Assembly: GCA_028023455.1 (NCBI GenBank)
Contig: JAQFVV010000003.1
Span: forward strand, 19,220,001 to 19,284,000
Length of the DNA stretch: 64,000 bases
DNA from: Epiperipatus broadwayi
Taxonomy: Eukaryota; Animalia; Onychophora
Reading direction: 5' to 3'
Shown here: positions 53,350 through 64,000 of the stretch, piece by piece
Layout of the letters: every line of letters starts with the position of its first letter
Numbering within the stretch: position 1 is the stretch's first letter
The notes under the pieces: generated by a model
Seen by the model: only the letters and a program-made list of their open reading frames with translations
Databases searched by the model: none
Told to the model about the DNA's origin: nothing
Made by a program: the position numbers and the translations under genes

Positions 53350-56300
53350 CGGACTGCTATAAAATTCTAAATTATATTATTGTTACTAAATTTTTTTTCC
53401 AATCTGAGTCGGGGTAGTCTTAAGGTAAGCTCTTTCTCTGTGTTTATTTAATTAAACGTTCAAATGAGCAGTAAAGATGATTTGCTGGAACAGCAAATTC
53501 TTAGATCCAAACCAATCTCAAAATCGCAGTGATTCTAACGTTAGACAAGCCTTTTCAAGCTCTCAGATAGAACAAGAGCGCTTCCAGTAATTTTAATTCA
53601 ACTAATATTGACCAAGATGATTTTATTAATTTTAAAAAACTTACCAAAGATATACAAAAACAAAAAGAATCCTAATCTGTTAGTAAACAAAAAATCGCTG
53701 TGATCGCAAACACTGGACAGAAAGCTGCTGTGATCAATCCGATCCAAATTTAAAAAAAAGTGTGGAAAAAAATAATTCTAGGAAAAATCTAAGCAAAACC
53801 TATTCTTCTGATGAAAAAATAAATGATAATACTCAAAATCAAAGTTACAATTTTAAAAAGTTTCAATCTCAAACAGAAAACACATCAAAAGTTATGCCAC
53901 GAAATTTTAAAAACATAGGCGGTGCTTTACCGGAACCTGCCGATCTTTGCTGTAATAACACTTTCTCCGGTCAAAAAAACAGAGTTAGAATCATTTCCCA
54001 AACACAACAATGGAGATTTAAATACAAAAGCACCTTCCCAACTCTATCATGATACCGAAGTAATTACACAACAATTTTCTGATCAAAACTCAGCCTCTGA
54101 AAACAACAGCGATAATGGCAAAATAATTCGCAATGTTTCACAAAGCACAAACAATCGCAAAAAACGAGTGTTGAACAAGTCCTTTACAACTCACATTTCC
54201 CCAGTCTAAACACCAAAAACACACAGGTCACCAACAAAGCAGTGGCTTCCCAATACCAAACTCAAACCAAAATAAAAAATTCTAACACTACAAATAACGA
54301 AAGTTACGCTACAGTTCTAGGTAACAACAGTCATTAAAACAAAATCTCAGTACAGATTATCAAACAAATCAATATAGCATCCTAGATTTCATTGAGGATG
54401 AAACCCCCACAATTAATTTAGAGGAAAATAACTGTCAGCAACATCATCAAAACTCACAATCTCTCTTAAAAAACTATCAAGCAGTAAGTCAGGAATTCAA
54501 CGCTAGAATTCCCCAAGTACTCTTTAATTCCTTTCTGAACTATCACAGTGAGAACACTCTAATACTCACTACCACTAACGACAACTGTAATCTTTTCACC
54601 TTTCCTACAGATGAATTATTTGAACTGCTTAAAAATCTAAACCTGGGAGAAGCAATCAAAAGAATCTACCACCATCCCAACAGGAGATACTTTATAATAG
54701 AGTTCCACAATTTAATTCAAAAAGAACTCTTCAAAAGATAGCAACTCTACCTGAACCAACGTTACCTAATTAAAATTGACATGGACCGGCCTAAAATAGC
54801 ATATGGTTTAGCACACAACCGCTATAGAAACTTCGCAAAAATGGACCTTCAAAGGCTGCTGTCCAAATATGGTGCGGTGAAGAAACCAACTTTAAATACC
54901 TCACAGAAAGAAGAGCAGACTTTGAACTACCTTCAAACAACACGGCCTTCTCACTCAAACTCCACAAGGGCTACTCTCTACTTGACATTCCATCAACACT
55001 AGAAGAAAATAAGTGCCCTATCTTTATTGCCATTCGAGGTGTTCAGCCTCAATGCTTTCACTGTGATGAACGGACACACCTTGTCCAAACTTGTTTCATG
55101 AGAATTTGTGACTTCTGCAATATCAAGAAAACTAAATACCACAAATGCAATCTAACACCTTCAAATCTACCTTCTACCCTGCAATACCACACCTCTAATG
55201 ATGTAGGGCAGAATAAAACTCAAACACATAAACCATACTGGGAAGCACCACAGTTAAAAAACAGAAATAAGTGCTGGAAATAAAACTAACACAGATGAAG
55301 CAATCACCTCCTTACAGCAACTCCAATCACAATTGCCTTTTCAACTGTCACAAGAAGCTCTAAATGCAACCAAACCAAAAGACACATCTCAACAGCAAAG
55401 TATCACAAGCAAGAAAAACACAATTATAACACTGCACACAATGCAAGCCAGACAAAAAGAACAAGTAGCTACACATAAAAGAAAAACACAGGATTCATCG
55501 AGGTCCCAACATGAAGATTTAACCAATTCCACCGCTGACTTAGACATGGAACTAAATGGGCTATATCAAAACACTAACAAATTGCAAAATCAACGAAGGA
55601 AAAAGGAGACTAAAAGAACCAGATTAGCTGAATCACAAGACATGCAAGACAGTACCTTCCTGGAAGCAACACCTTCCAACTATAGTCACAATGAAGGCAC
55701 TCTCAATTCAAATCAAATCACATCATCTAAAATCCCAGTGCTCGCTAAATTACATATGATAGAAAAAGCCATGCAAAAAGATACTCAGCAAGCTTCCAAT
55801 TGTGATGAACAATTAGTCTTAATGGATGAACTCGTTACTGGAAAATAGTTGTATACTTAGTCCAAGTCCGGCAAAAACCCTACTATGTAAAAATAGGTGG
55901 CATTAATGTAAGGGGCCTTAATTCCCTTGAACGCATTTACGCTGTTAAAAGATGGATTGATAAAATCAATATCCACATAGCATGCCTTTCTGAAACAAAT
56001 CTACACACTCAATCAGACTACAGAATAGACCAGCTATTCCAACAATACAGGCTCTTTCAATACATGCATTCCAACACTGCATCATCTGGGGGCACCTTTC
56101 TCATTCACAAAAGCCTGCCATATACCAAACTCAGGACACTTCACCTAGACAAAGAAGTACTGCTGCTAAATTTAACCTTCAGAAGATATTCACTCAATAT
56201 AATCTATTTGTACTTAAGGAACACTGCTGACTCAGTGCATGCAGCAATCAACAAAATCAATTCCATTCTGTCATCTAACACTTTACCAACAATCTGCTTT

Positions 56301-56446
56301 GGTGACTTCAATACAAGTTACCACAACTTCAACACTAAGTATTTACACCTCTTCAACAGAGTCTTATTGTGTGGAGAAGGCTTTTTCCTCCTGGTGCCCC
56401 TCCTTCTATACACTGCAAAAAGATCTCTAATAGATCTGCTCTACTA
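53350..56446 (+). mobile_element. 5' half of an L1/Tx1-like LINE (decayed ORF1 plus truncated APE of ORF2)
   Basis: C/A-rich strand; ORF1 pieces with LSKYGAV and knuckle CFHCDERTHLVQTC (about 55050-55095). The ORF2 frame gives INVRGLNS, ACLSET, GDFN, SLIDL. No RT or 3' half is present downstream. Confidence 0.8.
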
Positions 56447-56660
56447 TTCTATTAAATTGGTATATATTTGTTTAAAATATTGTTACTGTATTAATTATTG
56501 TATTGTTTTGAATAATTATATATATTTTATTATAATTGGAATACAGACATTGATTAATAATTTACATATAATACGGTTATGTATTGAGTTACTTTTACTT
56601 TGGAATATAATACGGTTATTTATTGATTTACGTTTAATTTGGAATATTAAAATTTTTAAT

Positions 56661-59012
56661 ATGGATAATCAAATTTGGATTTTACAAGAATGGAAGCGAG
56701 TGTCAATGAGAATAATACGTCTAAAAGGTAGATTGCAATTTTTATATAATTGTAAAATGAGTCATATTTTCCCAAACTGTTGCAACGTTAAAATAAATAA
56801 GGAATGTAATTTGCAAGATACTAAAATACAAGATATTAAAATGATTATTTTACGGAATATAATTTGTCAATGCAAATGTTTTTTGTTTAATCAGCGTAAA
56901 TATTTAAAGTGTTTAAATTATTTTATTAATCTTCATGATGTTGATGAATGGTTTAATTATAAAAGTCGATGTCAATATTATTTGAATAACTACTATATAA
57001 AAATTTATAAAAAATTTAATCGTAAAATTACGTTTCTATATAATAAAAATGTAAATAGGAGAAAAAATAGTAACTATGTCAATTTATCTAACATGGATAT
57101 TGATTTTCAACAAGAATATATTTTGAATTATGGTTCTAAATACGTTGGTGGTATGTGGGTGGATAGTAATTTAGAGTTAAAAGCTGCTGTTGAACATTCT
57201 TTTAGTGTAATTAAATGTTCTCCTGAAATATCAAAGGAATTAATACAAAAAGTGAATGTTAAGAAATTTAAAAATAGAACTAATTGCAATTCGCATATAT
57301 TTAGATTTAAAAACTTTATTCATGATAACGATCTTGTTTGTTTAAAAGAAGATAAGGGGTTAAGGTTATGTCTTATGTCAAAACTTGATTACTACGATAA
57401 AGTTTTAATTCAAATGGAAAAGCTTAAATTTAAACAAGTTGGAAAAATAAACATTGAAAATTTACGTGTAAAGTTTATTGATGATATTTTAAAAAAAGCT
57501 AAAAAGAATAAATATATAGATGCTCATACGTATTATCGTCTTTATCCATCTGCTGCAATTTGTCCTAGAATTTTTTCGAATATTAAACTACATAAACAAG
57601 ATAAACCTTTAAGATTAATGATTGACTTTGGCGGATCATTTTACTATGAAACTTGTAGATTTATAGAAACATTATTAAAAGATGTTCTTGGATTTGGAAA
57701 ATATACTATTAATTCATCGTTTGATTTTGTAAAGAAAATTCAAAATATTAATATTAATAATAATGATAGTATTTGTACATTTGATATATGTGAGATGTAC
57801 GGTTCAATAGATAGATTAAAATCTATAAAAATTATATTAGATGCTTTAATGTTAAAAAAAGTTGATGTTAAAAAAGTAAAATTTGTAAATGATGTATTAT
57901 ATTTTATTGATAAAAATATATATGCTATATTTAATGAAAATTATTATAAAATGGATTACGGATGGCCTATGGGACTTCCTGTAGTTTCACAAATATGTAG
58001 TTTTGTGGTATCAAGATATGAAGATATAATTCTTAATACTAATATATATTGCCAAGGTATTAAAATTTATTACAGGTATGTTGATGATGTTTTCGTTTGT
58101 GGAAGTTTAGATATTATAAATGTATTATTCAATGAATTAAATAGTTTAGAAGGTTTAAAATGGAGTAAATCTTTTGAAGAAAAAAAGTCAATTCAGTATT
58201 TAGATATTAAAGTTACACGTAATAAAAATAAATTAGATTATTGTATGGTAATAAAAGATATTGAAAAAAGAGGATATATTCCTTTGTATTCAAATGTGCC
58301 AATAGCACATAAATTATCCGGTTTAAAATCATTTTTATTTAGGAATAATAAATTATGTAAATATAGTTCTGATAAAATAAGTAACATAAATGTATTTATT
58401 ATGGATTTGTTAAATGTTGGATATGATCATAAATTAATTTATAATATTGTTACTAAGTTTAATAATAATAGAAATATTTTAGATGCTATAGATATTGATA
58501 AAATAAAATATACTTGGATATCAATACCATTTATTTGTAATGAACAGGTTAAATTTATAAAACAGATATATAAAAATATATGTCGAGTTGCATTTTATAC
58601 TACTCCTAATTTAAATAGATTAATAAATAATTCAAAAAATAGGTGTAGTATTTTAAATCAAAGTTGTGCAATATATAAATGGCTATGTGTTTGTGGAAAG
58701 GCATATATTGGGGAATCTCAATGTACATTGGAGAAAAGATCAAGGGAGCATTTGTTATTATATAAACGAGTGCAAAAATCAAGACAAGAGAATGTTAGAA
58801 ATGATGATGTATCACCATCAGTATTTTTTGATCATAATGTAACATGTAATTATGGTTTTGATTTTGATTTTAATAAAGTTAAAATTCTGTGTATTGAAAG
58901 AAATAATAATAAACGCAAAATTAAAGAAGCTATGTTAATAAAAAGTGAAAAGCAACAGTTGATAAATAGACAGGCAGCCAATATAAAAATTAATGAATTG
59001 TGGGAAAATTGA
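56661..59012 (+). CDS. Penelope-like RT/GIY-YIG endonuclease protein (783 aa from the presumed native ATG)
   Basis: IKLHKQDKPLRL, TFDI, GWPMG, YYRYVDDVF, QYLDI and C-terminal AIYKWLCVCGKAYIGES..REH..H..KVKIL..KRKIKEA. Confidence 0.9.
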   Translation: MDNQIWILQEWKRVSMRIIRLKGRLQFLYNCKMSHIFPNCCNVKINKECNLQDTKIQDIKMIILRNIICQCKCFLFNQRKYLKCLNYFINLHDVDEWFNYKSRCQYYLNNYYIKIYKKFNRKITFLYNKNVNRRKNSNYVNLSNMDIDFQQEYILNYGSKYVGGMWVDSNLELKAAVEHSFSVIKCSPEISKELIQKVNVKKFKNRTNCNSHIFRFKNFIHDNDLVCLKEDKGLRLCLMSKLDYYDKVLIQMEKLKFKQVGKINIENLRVKFIDDILKKAKKNKYIDAHTYYRLYPSAAICPRIFSNIKLHKQDKPLRLMIDFGGSFYYETCRFIETLLKDVLGFGKYTINSSFDFVKKIQNININNNDSICTFDICEMYGSIDRLKSIKIILDALMLKKVDVKKVKFVNDVLYFIDKNIYAIFNENYYKMDYGWPMGLPVVSQICSFVVSRYEDIILNTNIYCQGIKIYYRYVDDVFVCGSLDIINVLFNELNSLEGLKWSKSFEEKKSIQYLDIKVTRNKNKLDYCMVIKDIEKRGYIPLYSNVPIAHKLSGLKSFLFRNNKLCKYSSDKISNINVFIMDLLNVGYDHKLIYNIVTKFNNNRNILDAIDIDKIKYTWISIPFICNEQVKFIKQIYKNICRVAFYTTPNLNRLINNSKNRCSILNQSCAIYKWLCVCGKAYIGESQCTLEKRSREHLLLYKRVQKSRQENVRNDDVSPSVFFDHNVTCNYGFDFDFNKVKILCIERNNNKRKIKEAMLIKSEKQQLINRQAANIKINELWEN

Positions 59013-59071
59013 TGTATGACGTATTACTTTTGTTTACATTTGTAACGGTTTTTTCTAATACAATTTGAGTC

Positions 59072-59111
59072 TAGTTGACAACGACTACATAGATAGTTGA
59101 AAGTACTTCTA
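59072..59111 (+). ncRNA. Variant type-I hammerhead ribozyme in the PLE pseudo-LTR
   Basis: Stem I TAG/CTA; core TTGACAA (U3, A8) plus one extra C; stem II GACTA/TAGTT; GAAA; palindromic stem III AGTACT; predicted cut 59108/59109. Confidence 0.7.
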
Positions 59112-59948
59112 TTAAATTGGTATATATTTGTTTAAAATATTGTTACTGTATTAATTATTGTATTGTTTTGAATAATTATATATATTTTATTATAATTGGA
59201 ATACAGACATTGATTAATAATTTATATATATATAAAACTTTTTAACTTTTTAAATTTGCTTTCATCTCTCTAACTTTTATTAATAATAATATTTTTCTAT
59301 CCCACCCTTTATTACTATATTAATTAACAATCTCTATAACATATTCATCCCATTTTTTTATATGATAAATCAACATAAAAACTTTGTCTGATTCTTTAAG
59401 CATATTCTATTACCTATCTAATCCATCTTATTGCTGGTTTTTTACTTAGGGTCTAATCAACAATTAATTTATATCATGAAATTAGTCTACTTTTAATTTT
59501 TTCCAAATAATTGAATTATTATTCATTTGAGATTAAAATTTACCATTAATTGTCATGAAGATGGAAAAGAAAGTAATTAAAGGGCTGATTTATTGTTTAT
59601 TTGTTTTGTTTTTTTCAAAGATTGTTTTGAAATTCAAATAAATATTTATTTTAAATGTATTTGCTATTTCAAATGTCTAATTTGCAATTCTCACTAAAAT
59701 TCTTAAAATACTGAACATCATATCTGTTTTATTTATGAAATTTTTATTTGTAACAAATATGCCATGGTAAAAGATAATCAAATTGTTACCATTAATAATC
59801 ACACATAGTTTTATTAAAGTTAAGTTTTTAATACATAAATAAAGTGTTACTCTGCCAAATATTTAAGCATTTTGCCAATGAGACATTTTCATGAACACAC
59901 ACATACCTCTTAAAGCTACTTATTATTACGTACTTTGTTGGCTAGCTG

Positions 59949-60289
59949 TTAGGATTTTAACTGACTGTTTGTGTCTCCACTTGTTATTACTACGCTGCTG
60001 ATACTTGATGATGCAGTAGTTACTGTTAGCTGGGTATTATAGTCAACAGTTTCCATTCTTAAAATATATGGTATTACGCTATCGATTTGAACATTTCCAA
60101 TCAGTCCTGCAAAAAATAATTCTTCCATTATGCTAGAATTCAAAGCTCTCAGTACTGGTAATCGTAACAACAATTTTGCTAATCGATCTGTTTTTTCTGG
60201 ATAAGTCTGGCTTACATAATGCTGCAGTTCCTGGTGAGCTTTTTCTTGAAATTTCTCAGCCTGCCGAGCTCCAGGAAGCCCTGGTTGAT
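59949..60289 (-). CDS. Hr78: Last coding exon of an NR2C (TR2/TR4-like) nuclear hormone receptor, ligand-binding-domain C-terminus
   Basis: After an AG acceptor: (D)QPGLPGARQAEKFQEKAHQELQHYVSQTYPEKTDRLAKLLLRLPVLRALNSSIMEELFFAGLIGNVQIDSVIPYILRME..stop, closely matching the TR2/TR4 C-terminus. I found no upstream exons in the window. Confidence 0.9.
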
Positions 60290-60385
60290 CTTTTATTACA
60301 AAAAATAAATTAAAAAAATACAGATTAGTAAAAGCAATTAATAAATATTGCTATTAATATCCATAGTGTAATATTAATAATTTTT

Positions 60386-60657
60386 CACAGAGGCAAAATT
60401 CTCCATACAGTAGCACTACTCAGTGCAAGCCAGAGTAATCAATGGATGCAGGAAGGTTTGTGCATAATATCCCTATCTAGTGCCTACTCGTCCAATATCC
60501 CCAGACTAATTTCTAGTTTGTGGCTTTCATCAGTGAAGAGCCTTGGATCTGAGATCACTGCACTAGATAGGGATTTTATGCACAAACCTTCCTGCATTTA
60601 TTGATTACTCTGGTTTGCACTGAATGGCGCTTCTATATGGAGAGTTTTACCTCTGCG
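60386..60657. mobile_element. Short near-palindromic MITE of the CACAGAGG family, in the last Hr78 intron
   Basis: Arms of about 100 bp are reverse complements of each other and match the 25532-26058 TIRs. Confidence 0.85.
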
Positions 60658-62539
60658 AAAAACAGTGTGTGTAAGCATAAAGAATGGTGATCAAGTGATG
60701 TTTGAATATTAATAATTATAATATTAATGTAATAGATGTAAAATAATGACAATAATATGTCTAAATTCAAACTCAAAAAAAAAAAATGAAGCTTTCAATA
60801 AACAAAGATGCTTCACCTATTCTTCAATCTAAAAATTTGTCTATCATGAATTCTTTGTTATATAAAATATTTTAATAGTTAGAACTTAGTTTGTTTTTTT
60901 TAAAAAAAAAGATATTTAAAACAATTTAATCATTTTTCTGTGCTTTTTATATTTATTGTTTATATTAAAAATTTTCTTTCTTTTCTGATTTTGAAAATGT
61001 GTATATAGTAGTTTTCTTGCATTTGCAAAATCATCATTTGCAGTTTGAAAATTAAATTCATACATATGAACTCATACATTTCACATGGGCCACCTGCATG
61101 AACAAGATCATTAATCATCTCTATGTCAATCTTTTTTTTTTTATTATCTTGGGCACTCAATTTAGTGATGTTGCTTTTTCCCCCTCTCTTGATTCATTAC
61201 GTTACTGTTTCTGGGACAAAAATTCCTAGGAATTTTTTTTTTTTCCTTGTTTCAAATTCTGGGAAAATTTTACACGACCCATTTCTTTTTCAAAACTAAA
61301 TAGGCAAATATAAACCAATAATATGGGGTAATGATGTTTTTTTTATTATTTAACCAGTATTTCTTTCAAATGTGATATACAACACTCTCACATAATTTTA
61401 ATCTATTCAGTCAGAGCAGCAACATAACATAGATTTCATATTAGTACATTTACCTTTTATGAATTTACAACTGATCATATTCAAAGAATACAAATCTATT
61501 TTAGGATAATATAGACAAGTTTTCTTCAAATAAGAGTATTACATAATTAGGGTAAATTCATTAACAGAAAAACATTAAATAACCACAAATCTTTTAATAA
61601 TATCAGAAAGCTAAAAAAATCCTTTTCAATGTCAAAAATTTTTTGCTACCGAAATACGAAATAAATTGACAGATAAAGCAATAAATGTTTTAAAACATGA
61701 GTCAAAATTAAATTTTTTATATACTAATGTGTACTTTTTTTTATATAATAAATAAATCGTTTTTCATATTACACCTATATGTATTAGTATTTTGAAATTC
61801 ATTCCTTATCCTGGTTTCTTCTGATAAGTTGGTTTTATTTCAATTTAAAAGATACTCTTTATTTTAATCTTTATCTAATTCAAAATTTATTACTTTCTAA
61901 TTGTAATTCAGCACCTATGATGATCATTGAATACTGATGTCTGGATGGAACATATGTAGTCTTATTTACTGGTATTACATAGATAGTACATTTCACTTTT
62001 TCTCTGAAATCCTAAGAATTGCTGATAATTTTGAGGAACAAAAAAAAAAAAAAAAGATAAGTTGCATCTTTTTATCTGATAACAAATTCACACTAATTGT
62101 AAAAAAAATAATTTGAAGGGGATTGGTGTTCAAATACAATACGTTATTAAATACAATCATTTGTAAATTTCTAAAAGAAAAATGCACTGATTTTCAATCT
62201 GTTACATTGTTTCTATGACCGAATAGATTAAAAATATATAATAGTGTTCTATACCGTATATAAAATAAACACCGAATAAAATAAAAAACATCATACTGTT
62301 TTATTATTTATTTGATATTTAGTTTTGAAAAAGTACTAATAGTGTTTAAAAAAAGTACTAAGTCCTTGATTGAAAACATTTCTATCAAAAGCAGTGCACA
62401 TAAATTTAATCCATGATTAATTCATTACATTTTCATCTATAATAATAACCTAATTAAAGTATTTGTAGTTGATTACTTTTTCTACTACTTCATTGCTATC
62501 AGTCTTTATTTTTTATATTTTCTGAAAAATCATTAAACA

Positions 62540-62960
62540 TTACTTGAGCTTTTTTAGTATTTATTTTAGGTCTACTTTGTTGCCTTCAACTGATAATAGT
62601 TGTAATATATTTCCTGAAGGGCCAGGACATTATTTGCAAAAATAATCTCATCATTTGCATAATCTAAATGATTTAAGTAGTTATCATTTATTTTCATTAT
62701 CTTAGTTTTCCACTTTCATCCACAAAATATTTCCCTTCTATAACACAGTTGATAAAAGTATTGGAAATAAAAAATTACCCTGTTAAATACCAATAATAAT
62801 GTTAATCTTCTTAGTGTTACCATGTAACCCAATCAATTACATTTTGATAAATCTTCAAAATTTGATATTATTCTGGGTCTATGTCTTGATATTCTGAAGC
62901 TTTAACCACCAAAAGAATGCTTATAAAATTTAATGCTTTTATTTAATCTGTAAATCCAAT
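62540..62960 (-). mobile_element. Old RTE RT remnant, copy 4
   Basis: The minus strand gives NDNYLNHLDYANDEIIFANN, matching NGDYLSHLDFADDVVVFANN of copy 2. Confidence 0.65.
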
Positions 62961-64000
62961 GCAAAATGGTGACAACCTATTCTGTTGTATTTTTCTTTTT
63001 TTTTTTAAAGTTTTTTTTTTTTAAAATCAGAAAGCACTAATTTGTTTCTATCAATGTAATACCACTTGATTCTTTCAGCTTATTAAAGCAATAGCAGTTT
63101 TTCTTTCTCTGCCAGCTATTATATATTTGAGTGGTCGGTGTTTTGCAGATAATAGTGTAATTTATTCTCCATTCCCAAACTAGTTTCTGGATTTTACCTT
63201 CATCAATTAGAATTTGCGATTCAGAGCTGGAACTAATAATAAAAAAGGAATTAAAGGTCACTGCCAGATACATAACTGCATTGATTCCAGTTATGAGTCC
63301 TAAAGATTATTGATAGATACATGACCCGGATCCTTATCAGGGAGTTTTACTGCTCCCTGATTGAATTTTAATAGTTTACCCAATCCAGTGCATTTAATAA
63401 ATTTAACTCATAATAATGTAATATATTAGCTGACAACAATTATTAAAGTAATTTTACATTTTACAGACATATATACACATAAGTCCAAAATAATAATAAA
63501 GATCATTCTGATCTGTTTAGTTCCTAGCTTGCTTTCTTATGTCCAGAGGCAAGCTCTCCGCTCTAGAAGTTACTAGGCAAAGAATGATATTCAGCACCCA
63601 AATTTTAAGTCCATTTCCCTCTTGAGCACTTCACTGACTTCCTTCCTTATTCTCCTCCAACTTGCATGTCTTCTTCCATTGTTTTCTTCCTATAGCTGAT
63701 GGACTGGCATTCCCACTCATCAGGTAAAGTAGTTATTTCTCTAAGTGCACACATGTTGGATTCCAGAATGTTTTACCTTTTGTTAACTTTAATTACTGAG
63801 TTATTATGAGATTCAAATTCTTATCAATGACAGAAATCTGACTCTCATTCCTTTAATTATCTCGTTATCACTAATATTATTTTTTCGTTATAATTAAAAT
63901 ATAATCTTTTTTTTCTAATCTTATAACTTCTAATTATTTTTTAGTTCCATATTTAAAAGATAAAATCTTTTAATTCTACAATTATTTTTAATTTTTTTAC

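Larger units (their letters stand above)
56449..59230 (+). mobile_element. Intact, young Penelope-like element with partial-tandem pseudo-LTRs
   Basis: Direct repeat 56447-56570 = 59107-59230 (1 mismatch, 2660-bp spacing) flanking an uninterrupted RT + GIY-YIG ORF. Confidence 0.93.

Noticed and set aside
53351-53425. HDV-like ribozyme at the 5' end of the Tx1-like element (GGACTGC pairs with GTAGTCT)
   Set aside because: A P1-like pairing exists, but I could not find P3/L3, P1.1, P4 or a CGAA-type junction in the right order.
56064-59012. The 982-aa ORF read as one native gene or as an ordinary LINE ORF2
   Set aside because: It crosses the pseudo-LTR boundary at 56447 and the base composition switches there. 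The N-terminal part is a truncated APE from another element. Kept only as a chimera finding.
50700-59230. The whole chain as a single serial template-jumping event
   Set aside because: The PLE is intact with near-identical repeats while the two LINEs carry many stops and frameshifts, so their ages differ.
60960-63273. Short minus-strand ORFs as upstream Hr78 exons
   Set aside because: None contains the expected preceding LBD segment (EYAYLKAIVLF-like); nearby sequence looks like LINE remnants.

Overview
Very AT-rich animal DNA, probably arthropod (inference from the Hr78-type exon and the repeat families), made mostly of transposable elements and non-coding sequence. The only host coding sequence I can identify is the last exon of an NR2C/TR2-TR4-type nuclear receptor (Hr78) on the minus strand at 59949-60289. 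Mobile elements: four RTE-clade LINE copies (one full-length, 15534-18808), a Mag-like Ty3/Gypsy provirus (8380-13731) and a related solo LTR, hAT remnants and MITEs, a hairpin MITE family, tRNA-derived SINE-like elements, and a same-strand chain at 50.7-59.2 kb (RT/zinc-finger LINE with three stacked tails, then the 5' half of an L1/Tx1-like LINE, then an intact Penelope-like element, PLE). The main unannotated signal is self-cleaving RNA motifs at element boundaries. An HDV-like ribozyme fold starts at the first base of the full-length RTE. A variant hammerhead (U3/A8 core, palindromic stem III) has its predicted cut site at the 5' end of the PLE, and a second PLE carries a covarying version. 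A tRNA-headed SINE-like pair carries a hammerhead-like core. The 982-aa ORF is an in-frame APE-fragment/PLE chimera. All folds, alignments and counts were done by eye and need computational and biochemical confirmation.
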